The notes under the pieces are model-generated. The model was not told the origin of the DNA, did not search any database, and was given only the letters and a program-made list of their open reading frames with translations. A program made the position numbers and the translations under genes. DNA of 63,582 nt, counting the filler, from Choristocarpus tenellus KU-1152 (Eukaryota; Protista; Phaeophyceae), in NCBI GenBank assembly GCA_964200185.2. It is 12 parts of 12 records of this genome, joined end to end, with 100 filler letters (N's around TTAATTAATTAA, not from the genome) between each part and the next. Parts side by side here need not be neighbours in the genome. Positions count along the whole stretch, not along the records: positions 35,122 to 42,532 come from CAXNAD020006195.1; positions 42,633 to 47,627 come from CAXNAD020012243.1; positions 47,728 to 51,191 come from CAXNAD020019859.1; positions 51,292 to 53,798 come from CAXNAD020027229.1; 8 more parts are not named here. The stretch is one strand, 5' to 3'. Positions 40,138-51,609 of this stretch are shown here, piece by piece; positions within the stretch are counted from its first letter, which is position 1; every line of letters begins with the position of its first letter.

Positions 40138-42505
40138 AGAGCTTGGACACCGGCTGAACGGGAGCTTCTTCCGAATAGGTGTGATTTTGTGGTTTACTTG
40201 AGCAACTGCGAGAGAGCTTTTGTTTTTCTCGTTCTCGTGCAAGCAGTAGACCTTGTCGAAGCCCGTCAAGGTCGTTGCAGTCAGTTGATGTGTTGTGTGT
40301 GAGAGTGACTGTACAAAGATCCTTCAAGTATTGTCTATACCTTGCCCCTGTCAGAAAGCTCCACGTGGAGCGTTCGCATGCTGCCATCAGTCGCTACATG
40401 ATATCGCCACGAAGAGGCTTTTCGACCACAGAGAACATGCCTTGACCGTAGGATCTAACAATATATCAAACTTCTGAGATTTGAAATATGTATAATTCTA
40501 CAAACATGTTCCATGGGAGGACAATTTGGTTGGTTGAGAATGGTGACTCTTGCTTCCAAAAATTGAACTGGTGACTTTTCTTTGTGGAATCTTCTCCTGA
40601 CAAACACAGTCACTCACACGCAAATTTTCGATCAACACAACTAATCCAGGAAACTAGTTAAGAAGGGACCTATGTCACAACTAGGTTCCTCCTTAAACTC
40701 TGTTCAAGATCTTCTCCACCTCCACCCATTAGCACACATGTTGAGTATTATGAAGTATCAGCGACAATCAATCGTCAAGTCATCACTTATGTACTCCTTC
40801 GTACTTGTACCCATCATGCGACAACATTGTATCACTATGAGAACTCATACCCAGAGAAATTGTAGAAGTTCCAAAGTGTTCTTGGCATAATAACATGATT
40901 AGTCGAGAAAGCGAGTCATTGCTTGAGGAGAATCTTTAAGACGCAAAAGTATTGTTGTGTGTAGTATATTAATAAGGGTATTCTGTATACCTCTTCCACA
41001 GTTACATTGTGCCATCGATACTTGTAGACAAAGCGGGATCGGATTCCACACATTCATGCTATGTCGTGAAGTTTTAAACTCTCGATATTATGCATCCACC
41101 ACCAATCAATGGTCGTATCAGGGAGAGTTGAACTCCTTTAGCTAAGCTTCGTTCCTGGAAAATCAGCTTTCCTCTCTGTTCTACTTGGAATTCGGTGGCG
41201 CATGTCCAAACTTTAAGGAGAAAAACGCAATATTAACGTGGAACACCTTTGTGCGCGAAGGGGCGAAGCTCGTGATAAAAGTCCTAACACCAGCTCGGAT
41301 GTATTTTGGTAGCAGAAGCTAGTGGACAGGTAGGTTTTTACTCTGCACTTGCTCCCTGTGCAGAAATATTGTGGTTGTGTTATATCAGTGTCCCTTCTTT
41401 CCCTTGGTATTGCCTTAAGCCCGGTTCACCCAATCGTTGGGCATACAAAAATGTGCGCGTGTGTACGAGTATTTGTCAGTCTTTGTCAGCGTCTGTGCGC
41501 TAGCGTGCCTTGTTGTGTTGGAAATAGGTGCTTGCTGGGACACACATGGACACCCCTAGCGAAGCTGCAAAGACAGTTTGGAGTAGGTAAGCAGACGCGT
41601 AACAGCAATTCACTAGTGGTATTGGATGATAAGAAAGTGTGTCATGGACACCTCTTGTTTTCCCGTCTGTATTAGAACAGGTTGTCCGTGTGTTGTTACA
41701 AGAAGAGTTCAACAACAGCTACTATAACCACAAGCATAACGATGCTAGCACTCATAGTGCCCCTTGCATGAGGAATGCACAACGTCAGTGTGCTCACTTT
41801 GCAAATGAATTTGAGTCAGATTTCTGCGAGCAATTGCAGAATAAGGCGCCATATCAACCACACTAACCTTCAGTCACAAACTTTTTCCGTCATGGACAAC
41901 AGCATGTAGTTCGAATCAATCTCACACACATATGCACACACAACGCCCCACTACCTTTCTTGGCTTCCAGGACGCTGACATCAACAACAAGGGGGATATT
42001 TTGCAAAAGTACCAACAGTGATAGACTACCCTCGTACCCAGAAGTCTGTCTTCTAACAAAAGTGATTAATCATTTCCATGTTTTTATCCTGGACCAGCAT
42101 AGCAATAGAACAAGGTGCTCAGAGCGTTGCCTATAAAATGACAACCAGGGCCATAATCAATTAGCGTATCGTTGGGGGGTGCTTTCATAACCAAGAAATT
42201 GCAGTCGACAGACCACTGGCCCGCACTTTGGATAGTTTCCTCCTTTGCCCCATACATTGTAGCACGCACCCCTCAGCAATATGTTGTGTTTAAATGGGTC
42301 CATCTCACGGTAGCGACTGCACAAATTGTTGCGCTGGACACCTTCTAAAAGGTGATGTTTTCACAACACGCGTATCCCTTTTTACTTATGATTGTATATC
42401 AACTGACTCCCCTTCACTTGGGGGGAAGAAATCCGCATCCTACTGCGCGTATTGTGTAACATCAAGTATATCAAGATGGGCACAACCATCTCTGCTGAAG
42501 ATATA

Positions 42506-42532
42506 GGGTCAAAGTATCTGGGGGGTGGGGGG
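42506..42532 (+). mobile_element. family C left terminus at contig end
   Basis: gggtcaaagtatctgggggg. Confidence 0.8.
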
Positions 42533-43907
42533 NNNNNNNNNNNNNNNNNNNNNNNNNNNNNNNNNNNNNNNNNNNNTTAATTAATTAANNNNNNNNNNNN
42601 NNNNNNNNNNNNNNNNNNNNNNNNNNNNNNNNGGCAAGTGTTGGGGGGGGAAGCGGGGGGGGTGGGGGTGGGTATTTATTTGGATTTTTTTGATTTGTGG
42701 ATGTGTCTTGAGTGATTTTTTGTGTAGAGATGTTTTAGTCAAGGTTGTAACTTTTTTTGAAAATGTAGTTTTAAGTCATGAAAAAATGTAGTTCTGATGT
42801 AGAGAATGTGTGCTGTTCATTGGATGCTTCCTTGTGTTGGATGCTTCAGTTCTGGAATCCCTTAGACTATCATGATCATGAGTGATACAGTAGTGATAAA
42901 AATCACTGTTACGATATGTAGTATACTTTCAAAGTGGAGGAAACCCTTTTATTGGCTCAAGGATGGCCTCTTTTGGGTTAGAAGGAGCATATTTTTATTT
43001 TTTCCTTTCTATACACTTCCTAGACACGCAATTATTAGCACCCCCAATGAAATCGCTGTCCCTACTGCCATTTCCTTGGCAGAATAGAGCCAGCTCTGTG
43101 GTGGAAGAATAGAACCGTTTCTGCTGTTCCCACTGCAGACCTTTTTCCCATCCTATTAAGTACAGAGAAGAGTAACTTGGCCCAGCTGTATTGTCCATTT
43201 CTACATAGAATGTTTATTTTTGAAAGTATCTGCCACTGTGGTTCGACCTCAATAGGTTGGGACAGGAACACAGAGGAATGCATTGAACTAGAAATTCACT
43301 TTACTTGTACATTTCATTTCAAGAGGGTTTTTCCTGCGCTCTCTCTGTCCATCTCGTGCCTCCCCCCATTCCCCCTCCCTACCTGCTGCTATTAATGCTA
43401 GTGGCATGACTGTGCCCACATTTTGTTTTTACAATTGTCGTGACTTGAAGCATTTAATGAGTGTAAAATAAAATAGAAATCGGCTCGAATATTTGGATGT
43501 ACTTGCAATCATGACTGGGTCTTGTTTGCAGTGTTGAGTGCCCAGTGGGAGCAAATATTTGATTTAAAATTTCACCTCCATTTTCTAACTCCGTTCTCTT
43601 TGGTTTTTAATGGAATTCTATATATTTGTTTGCTGTACTGTCATCCACAACGCTACACATGATTGCTACAGTGCTCATGATTGACTCACGTTGTTCATTT
43701 TATTTTGACTGTCTGGTTGTGTGCATGTCTGGTTCGTCCGCCTGTTTGATCCCTTGTTTATTTTATTTTATCTGTTTTGCATTTTTTTTCTCTTTTTTTG
43801 TGTGTTTTTTGTATTTGTTTTTTTTTCACGGCATGTGATTTTTTGTTTTGTTTAAAATGTTTTTCATGACTAAAAATGTGTGTATTTTTATTGTTTGTGC
43901 TGGTCAG

Positions 43908-43967
43908 GATCTGGAGACTCAGCGCGAGCAGCACGATCAGGCGTTGCAACAGATCCTCATGGAGAAG
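43908..43967 (+). CDS. isolated coiled-coil-like exon of an unidentified gene
   Basis: A GC-richer 60-nt island after a T-rich tract, bounded by cag and gttggt, encoding DLETQREQHDQALQQILMEK. Confidence 0.5.
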
Positions 43968-45309
43968 GTTGGTGTTATATTGTTGGTACATGTTAGTGGG
44001 CGTATGTACTCAAGCTGATAGTTGTGTAGTATAGTGATGGGCACTATTTCAATGGTTCATACAACAAGCACTATTGTTGAATATATATTTTTCCTTTTTT
44101 ATGAATAGTTGATGCGATGTTTATTATTTTATATTTATTCACAACATTATGTACCTAAAAAATGAGTCAATGCAGTATTTCCTATTCGTATATTTGATAC
44201 AATATGTAGTATTAAATGAATCAAATATGATCTTTACAATTGAATTAGTTACTCTGATTTATATCATAGTTAAAATATGATATATTTTTACAGTTTTAAG
44301 ATGTGATACATAACTATAGTTGATACAATCTGTATGGCTCAAAACAAAAAAAAATATGATGTCTACTAAAACAAATAGAATGATTTCCATCATAATAGTT
44401 AATATGATGTGCTGAATTGATAGTCATTAACTGCTTGGACTCCTCCGGTCATTAGTGAGTCAGGAGTTGTATGTAACACGTTTCTTAACCTGTTTGCCAC
44501 TAATGGTGATGAAACTGAAGTGTACAAAAAATCTCCACTTCAGACAGGGATCTCTAATTGGGTTGAGGGTAAGAAAAGCGTTCCGGTTTGTTTGTTTTGT
44601 TGACATTGAAAACTCCTCCAATTGTAACGTTTGCTCTACTGAATGGATTTCAGCGACTTATGCATGTCTTGGATGAAAGGAGAATAGGTATTACGTCCCT
44701 TTTTTTATTGCTATTAAAGTGTTGTGAACACTGCTGTGTAGCCCCGAGCGCTGCCAGTCCACCCTCCTTTTGTGGGTGATTTTATTTGAGGTTAGGGATG
44801 GAAAATGGTTGCTTGTTCCATACTGGAATAATCAAGTTGTGATGTGATGTTTAATTTTTTAATAGTTTAGTTTTATCTCGCGAGATGATAGGCTGACTAC
44901 AACATTTTTGTTGTTGTCCTGAATTAACTTCCAACCTTTTGTCGCTTATTACGCTGGAAGATCTTTTTGTTGGCCAAGTCCTAGATGTGAATAGCCTCTG
45001 CCACTATAACTGTTTGTATTTTTTTTTTTGGAGGGGGGGGGGCAGTGCAGACTGGTTTGTTTTTGCCATTGTTCTTTTAGGTGTAGTGGGTGTAGTGCAT
45101 GCATTGGGATATATAGTTTATTTGGGACGAAGTGAGCTGGAACACTTGGGAGGAACAACACCGACCTTTGGTCGCCTATGCTGCCTTTTGAAAGAGGTTA
45201 GGATCGTAGACTCCGCTCAGGTGTCTTTTTGATGTCTTGATGAGTTGTTCGACTGATCCATGCTCTGTTCGGTCTTTGAAATGATTGAACTGTGTACTAG
45301 GGGTGGTGG

Positions 45310-45357
<48 letters not shown>
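45310..45357. repeat. (GTT)n microsatellite
   Basis: About 15 GTT units seen directly. Confidence 0.95.
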
Positions 45358-45594
45358 GTTGTCCTCTGGCGGATTCAACTGAGACTTCTTTGTGGCTTTC
45401 ACCTTTCCGGGACTGCGGTGCCCGGGAATGGAGTGTTGTTGACCTCTTGAAATAAGTTCGTTCATCTGGGGGGGATTTTTTTTTTTGGGTGAGTGCGCTG
45501 TTGTATGATTGGTGGTACTATTAAGTGTGCACAGTCGAGGTGAATGTTTTGCTCAACGTATTTTAGTTCGGTTTTTGGTGGGTGTACTAGCGCT

Positions 45595-45716
45595 TTTGAT
45601 GTAAACTGTTGATGTAAGCTTTTGATATAAACTTTGATGTAAATTGTTGATATAAACTTTGATGTAAACTTTTGATGTAAACTGTTGATGTAAACTGTTG
45701 ATGTAAACTGTTGATT
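45595..45716. repeat. 13-bp minisatellite (gatgtaaactgtt), about 9 copies
   Basis: Seen directly. Confidence 0.9.
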
Positions 45717-47727
45717 TACTCGAAAGGAAGCCTTGGAAGTTGGAACCTTGTGTGATGTGTAGGTACTGAGGTATTTACAAGTGGTTCAAGGCTCTACGGG
45801 CGTTTCTTTGAGTGTATCCACGTCGAGGAAGGTGTGCAGAGACATTTTCTTTTTTGAGTCTGTGTCACATTGGGGTGGCAGCCAACCAAGCTGAGTGATA
45901 AGACCGTTGTTGTTCGAGATATTTTCCTTCTGCTCACAAATGAGGCAAGCTGCTTTTCTCCCTAGGTCAGTAGACTTCGATTGAGCCCATAAAACCGCTT
46001 GCTCAGGGACGGGTGCGCTTGTGCTGAGGTGAACCATGTTGGGAAGTGTAGGAACCTGCGGTCAACTCTGAACGCCCTTTCTATCCCATGTTTGCGCCAT
46101 CGGTGGCAATTTTAACAACGTTTCGCGATGGCACGGGACCGAACCCCATCTACACCTGAGCACAGCTTTTCTTCTTTTTTTTTACTACCCCTGCAGCCTT
46201 TGCCCCTTGCATAATAGTAGTGGCAAGGCAACTCCTTGCTCCCTGAACACCCCAGCCCCCGTAGATAGAATGACCCAAGTCCTCTGTTTGGATTGGGTCA
46301 AACCCTTATCCCGTGAGTAGGGGCAAACTCTTGCCCCCCGACAGATTTAGGGGTAGTTTATCGCCCTCAGGGGTTGGATAGGGAAATGGAATAGGGCAAC
46401 CACAACCCTTTGTGCCCTGTATATTGGGAAGGCACCCCCTTGCCCAGGGTAACTCTTTGCCCTACAGGCTGGCTGGAGGATAGAGACTACTGAAGGTGGG
46501 GTGCCTTCCGCAGCACCAGACCTTTTTTTATTGGTAACATTGGAGGAGAAGATAGGGTTGTTTATGGCTATTTATAATGCAATGAAGAAATGTGAGGTAT
46601 GAGGAAGAGGTTGAAACTTTTCCTCTGTGTTGGGGGAGCCCTTGATTTGCTTGTTCGGAATTTTGTCATGCCCTTTGTTAGCTACTTGTGCATGGATATG
46701 CCAGCCCAAGGTGTGGACAACCTTGGTTTTGTTGTGAGGATTTTTGCTCATGATCAGTAGGTAAATGTACAAGGTTGGGTCTGCCCAAGGTGTGGAAAAC
46801 CCTTGGTTTCCTTGGCAAGATGTTGGCCAATGGAGTGTAGCTGAACATGGAACGAAAGGTCTTCCTTCCCAGAGTGTTGCACAATGTTGCTTTGCTTGCC
46901 GGGATTGAATTGCTGCAGTAATGGATCGAAGCTGTTACAGGCCTAAAAATAATCTATTTCTTACATTGAGTATATATTATACCATCCCTGAATTTGTATT
47001 GATGAAGGGTGGTAAATTAAAAACAAGTATTCTAGAAACCTTTTCTTGCTGTTCCTTCATATTCAGTACCTATTGTCCCCCCTGCTTTATATAAAAGATA
47101 TTGGACCCAGTCTACTTCTGAAACTGTTTCTGATCTGTTCAAGGTTGATAGTCAGTACACAGTGAGTGAGTTGTCAAATGGTGATGTGAAGAGTAGCTCA
47201 ACCTTGACAAAAATCATTGTACTTGGTTTGGTTAAGTGGATCTGATCTAGCATTGCTGTTACTGTTTCTGATATTCTTGTTGTAGCTCTGATCCCCACAT
47301 TTGTTGCATGATGCCTTGAAATTGAGATTGAACTAGGTTTCAAATTCTGTGTGTGGGGGGGCGGGGGGGGGGGGCATTGGCTTCAGGAGAATTGGTGTTG
47401 CACGAGGTCAAAAATTTTAAACTAGTATTGGATTGATCAATGTAGAGTATGATGTGGAAATTTTTATAGTTTTTTATGGAGGTTGGAAAAATCCTTTATC
47501 AAATACAGAAACATATCCATGAAGTGTCATGGACGAGCTCTTGTGCTGCTGCTGAACTAATGCTTGTCAATATGCAGTCCAGTCATACTTAAGTATTATG
47601 TTAAACTTAATATATGTTGCCTGTGCCNNNNNNNNNNNNNNNNNNNNNNNNNNNNNNNNNNNNNNNNNNNNTTAATTAATTAANNNNNNNNNNNNNNNNN
47701 NNNNNNNNNNNNNNNNNNNNNNNNNNN

Positions 47728-47870
47728 CTTTCACGTCGAGAGTGAGCTTTAGTCAGCAACTTTGCTGCACGCTCATGGGGGAGTGTGCAATATAGGCTAG
47801 GAACTATATAGTGATTTATATCTTTAGTGAACAGCAGAATACCACAGAATTATTCACTGAGTAGAGTAAG
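47728..47870 (+). mobile_element. Copia PPT and 3' LTR start
   Basis: ctcatgggggagtgtgcaa is identical to the PPT/LTR junction at about 23206-23224. The LTR TG is at 47784. Confidence 0.6.
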
Positions 47871-48083
47871 GGTCAAGGATATGATTTGGTGTGCTTAGAG
47901 TCAAAGGTTCGAGTCTCGATGGATTGGTTTCTTATTTTGTTCAATACAAGTGGCTGACGTAGTGCGACTGACACAGATACATTTTGACGTGTCTGATGAC
48001 GTGCGCAATAGATAATAATATAAGTAAGAGCACCNNNNNNNNNNCCGCCAATAAATAAATCCATACAACTTAAAGCAAAGACT

Positions 48084-48210
48084 CTATTGGAAGAGTTCTC
48101 TTTTGCATAGATAGCACAGAAATTTCCCACCCCCAGTGGGCATGAATACCAGGGCATCCTTGCCCGCCAGTACTGTCTTTATCGCTTCCTGTTTATTACG
48201 CACGTATGAA
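48084..48210 (-). pseudogene. RecQ-family helicase fragment (Q motif and Walker A), inactivated
   Basis: KQEAIKTVLAGKDALVFMPTGGGKFLCY matches the RecQ consensus MPTGGGKSLCYQ. GKS has become GKF and a stop follows within 9 codons. Confidence 0.8.
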
Positions 48211-49508
48211 GACAAGTTGGGAGACAGTAGTGATAGAGGATGGAGGTGTACACCTGAATGTTTCCATCTCGGTTGACAATCTGAAACATTGGACATTGAT
48301 TTCGTAGCAGCTAGGAGCGTGTACCAAAGCTCAATACAGGTATGGTGTCGGAACGATGCATGAAAGGGTGCTTTTGCTTAGCGACAAGATGCAACTTTCG
48401 AGTACAACACACTACCAACAGCATCGACATACAAACTTGGGTTAGGCGTAGACGGCGTTGCTGTCCACCACGCTACATCGATTCACACGAGGTCGCCCGT
48501 ACAAACAGACACGACACAGACACGCTCCTAATTACATTCCCTCCCGCACAATACTGCGCAAAGTGATAGCGATTGAGACCCCATCGCATGATGTAGAAAG
48601 GTTTTCAGGTCTACGACCATACCAATTTCGATCACCACTGCTATGTTGCCACCTGTATAAATATCTTTCGGAAGCTCCAGGTACACTTCGAGTGAAAGCA
48701 ATTTCGCGTCAAAATCGGCGTATATCCTATGCACGCCGTCTGTCTATCCCGCCATATATAGCACGGGTTTGTCGACACTTGTGACAATTTTTTTGGTGTA
48801 CACTAAGAGGCCTCCATGTCATGGCGATTTGAAATCCAGGGAGCAAATGCTCACTTTAGGTCAAGATTGGCGACGTGTACGGTGTTGAAGAGTTTCCAAC
48901 GTATCCACCCCTCATTGAGCTTTTCTCGGTCGTGAACACAATCACACGTCTCTACACATGTTTATGCGTTCATTTGCATTCGGAGCTAGTACCAAGCAAC
49001 TGTCAATGGTGGTGTCACCAAGGTTTTCAAATCCGATGCCCTGTGTTTATTACCATTAGAACCGTGTACACACCACAGGTCTTTCAGTAGTGGTATCACC
49101 AACATTTTTAAATTCGATGCCTGTATCTCTCACCATTACAAAACCTTGTACACACCACCTGTTAATAGTGGTAACACCAACATTTTGAAACCTGCTGCCC
49201 ATGTATTAATTGCCATTAGAACCGTGTACACACCAGCTGTCAGTGGTGGTATCGCCAACATTATCAAATTAGATGCCCTGTATTTCGTACCATTAGAACC
49301 GTGCACACACGACCTGTCAATAGTGGTATCACCAACATTTTGAAGTCGTATGCCCCTGTTTTTATCACCATTAGAACCGTGTACACACCATCTGTCACCC
49401 GTGGTATCACCAACATTTTCAAATTCGATGCCCTGTATTTATTACCATTAGAACTGTGTACACACCAGCTGTCAGCCGTGATACCACCAACATTTTCAAA
49501 TCCGATGT

Positions 49509-49694
49509 GACCCAAATCATCTTGGGGGGTGGGGGGTGGGTGGGGTCTACACCAGAGTGTCCATTTGGGTCAATATCAGGAAAAGTGCATTGACACTATC
49601 CATCCGACGTACGGAACCAAATCACCCCAAAATCGCGACATTAGAACATTGACCCCAAATGGACAGCCTCCACCCCCCCCAGATACTTTGAGCC
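49509..49694 (+). mobile_element. MITE family B inside satellite, TSD ATGT
   Basis: gacccaaatcatct...agatactttgagcc, flanked by atgt; the satellite unit resumes in register. Confidence 0.92.
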
Positions 49695-50319
49695 ATGTCC
49701 CTGTATTAATCACCATTAGAACTGTGTACACACCAGCTCTCAATAGTGGTATCACCAACGTTTTCAAATTCGATGCCCTGTATTTATCACCATTAGAACC
49801 GTGTACACACCAGCTGTCAATAGTGGGGTCACTAACATTTTCAAATTAGATGCCCCTGTATTTATCACCATTAGAACCGTGCACACACCAGCTGTCAATA
49901 GTGGTATCACCAACATTTTCAAATTAGATGGCCCTGTATTTATCACCATTACAATCGTGTACACACCAGCTGTCAATAATGGTATCACCAACATTTCGAA
50001 ACCCGATGGCCCTGTATTTCTCACCATTAGAACCGTGTACACACCAGCTGTCAATAGTGGTATCACTAATATTTTCAAATTAGATGCCCCTGAATTTCTT
50101 ACCATTAGAATTGTGCACACACCAGCTGTCGATAGTGGTATCACCAACATTTTCAAATTCAATGCCCTGTATTTCTCACCATTAGAACCGTGTACACACC
50201 AGCTATCAATAGTGGTATCACCAACATTTCGAAACCCGATGGCCCTGTATTTATCATCATTAGAACCGTGTACAAACCAGCTGTCGATAGTGGTATCACC
50301 AACATTTTCAAATTAGATA

Positions 50320-50563
50320 GATCCAAATTATCTTAGAGGGTAGCGCCGCGTCCATTTGGGGGCCAAAATCCAATGTTGCGATTTTGTTGTAATTTTGGCT
50401 ATCGTGTCTGTAAAGAAGTGTCAATATCCTTGTTCCAGACACACCTTTTCATAACGCACATATTTTACTTACTCCGACACATTTTGGAGTTGGAAAATGT
50501 CATGAAAAAAAACATGGGAAGCCAAACAGGGCAAAACTCGTACTCTCTAAGATACTTTCACTC
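50320..50563 (+). mobile_element. MITE family A inside satellite
   Basis: gatccaaattatcttagaggg...ctctaagatactttcactc. The TSD is not intact. Confidence 0.9.
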
Positions 50564-50628
50564 ATGTCTCCGTATTTATCACCATTAGAACCGTGTACAC
50601 ACCACCTGTCAATAGTGGTATCACCAAC

Positions 50629-50885
50629 GAGTGAAAGTATCTTAGAGGGTACGAGTTTGCCCTGTTTGTCCATTTGGGGCTTGACTTTCCATGGGCTTTT
50701 TAACACATTTTCCTTCTCCAAAATGTTTCGGAGTGGGTAAAATGTGTATGTTATTAAAAGGTGTGTCCAGAACATCGACATTGACACTTCTTAACACACA
50801 CAATAGCCAAAATCACATCAAAATTGCAACATTGGACTTTGACCCCCAAATGGACGGGGCTGTACCCTCTAAGATACTTTGGCTC
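50629..50885 (-). mobile_element. MITE family A terminating the satellite
   Basis: gagtgaaagtatcttagaggg...ccctctaagatactttggctc. No matching TSD (caac / attg). Confidence 0.9.
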
Positions 50886-51609
50886 ATTGGCCAGAAAGAG
50901 GCCAGAGACCAGGTGGAGGAGTTTGGACGCTCTGATGGCCCCTATTGTCTGGGTCCCCCCTTCTATCTAGCCTTGGGGCGGTTACTTTGGGGCTGTTACT
51001 TCATGCATCAGGAGGTCCAATGTGTGCTTGACGGTGATGGGCAGTGCGGAACCAGCTAGGGACCTTCTTATCTTTGGTGATGTTTACCCTTTCTAGGGTC
51101 TTCGTTTGGACTTGGTCAAGGGCAGAAGCAACCCTTGGAGTGTGAACTGGTGGTGGTAACAGGGGTAGAGGGGGGGGTGAGGTGGGTTGGGNNNNNNNNN
51201 NNNNNNNNNNNNNNNNNNNNNNNNNNNNNNNNNNNTTAATTAATTAANNNNNNNNNNNNNNNNNNNNNNNNNNNNNNNNNNNNNNNNNNNNCAGAGTACC
51301 TGAAAATTGCAAAGTGCATTCCTCCCCACCCCTCCCCCCCTCAAGCATAGCTTTCATCTCACCTTGTCCATGCCCAACATCCCATGCCCTGCATCTACCA
51401 ACCTCCATCTCCATTGAGATTTGGTTTCTACAAACACCGCACCCAAGCCTATCCGTTGTCCCAAAAAGAAAAAAGGGGCAGGCTTGCCTTCACCCAGGGC
51501 AAGTGTCCTCACAACTTAAATGGAAACTACGAGGGCAGGCCCCACCGCAGGCCTTCCCCGCCTAGGTTCACTGCCTAGGTTCACTGCCTAGGTTCACATA
51601 AATGCAACC

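Larger units (their letters stand above)
44450..47345 (-). pseudogene. possible heavily degraded LINE fragments
   Basis: IGGVFNV near 44610 resembles the APE endonuclease GDFN motif, EGGLAAL lies near 44760, and RLGPISFI near 47100 resembles the RT QGSxLGP region. All are weak. Confidence 0.25.
48990..50628. repeat. 77-78-bp tandem satellite, about 15 units, interrupted by MITEs
   Basis: Unit ccattagaaccgtgtacacaccagctgtcaatagtggtatcaccaacattttcaaattagatgcccctgtatttatca. It is more degenerate at the left edge. Confidence 0.95.

Noticed and set aside
40140-40500. Heat-shock element upstream of the sHSP
   Set aside because: No clear array of three alternating nGAAn units was seen.
47880-47925. 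B-box-like ggttcgagtc (also near 1110 and 46140) as tRNA or SINE
   Set aside because: No convincing cloverleaf or correctly spaced A box.
49764-50316. ORFs of 132 and 171 aa with 26-aa repeats
   Set aside because: These are a by-product of the stop-free satellite; frequent 1-bp indels shift the frame.
48990-50628. CRISPR-like array
   Set aside because: Units are contiguous with no unique spacers, there are no cas genes and the context is eukaryotic.
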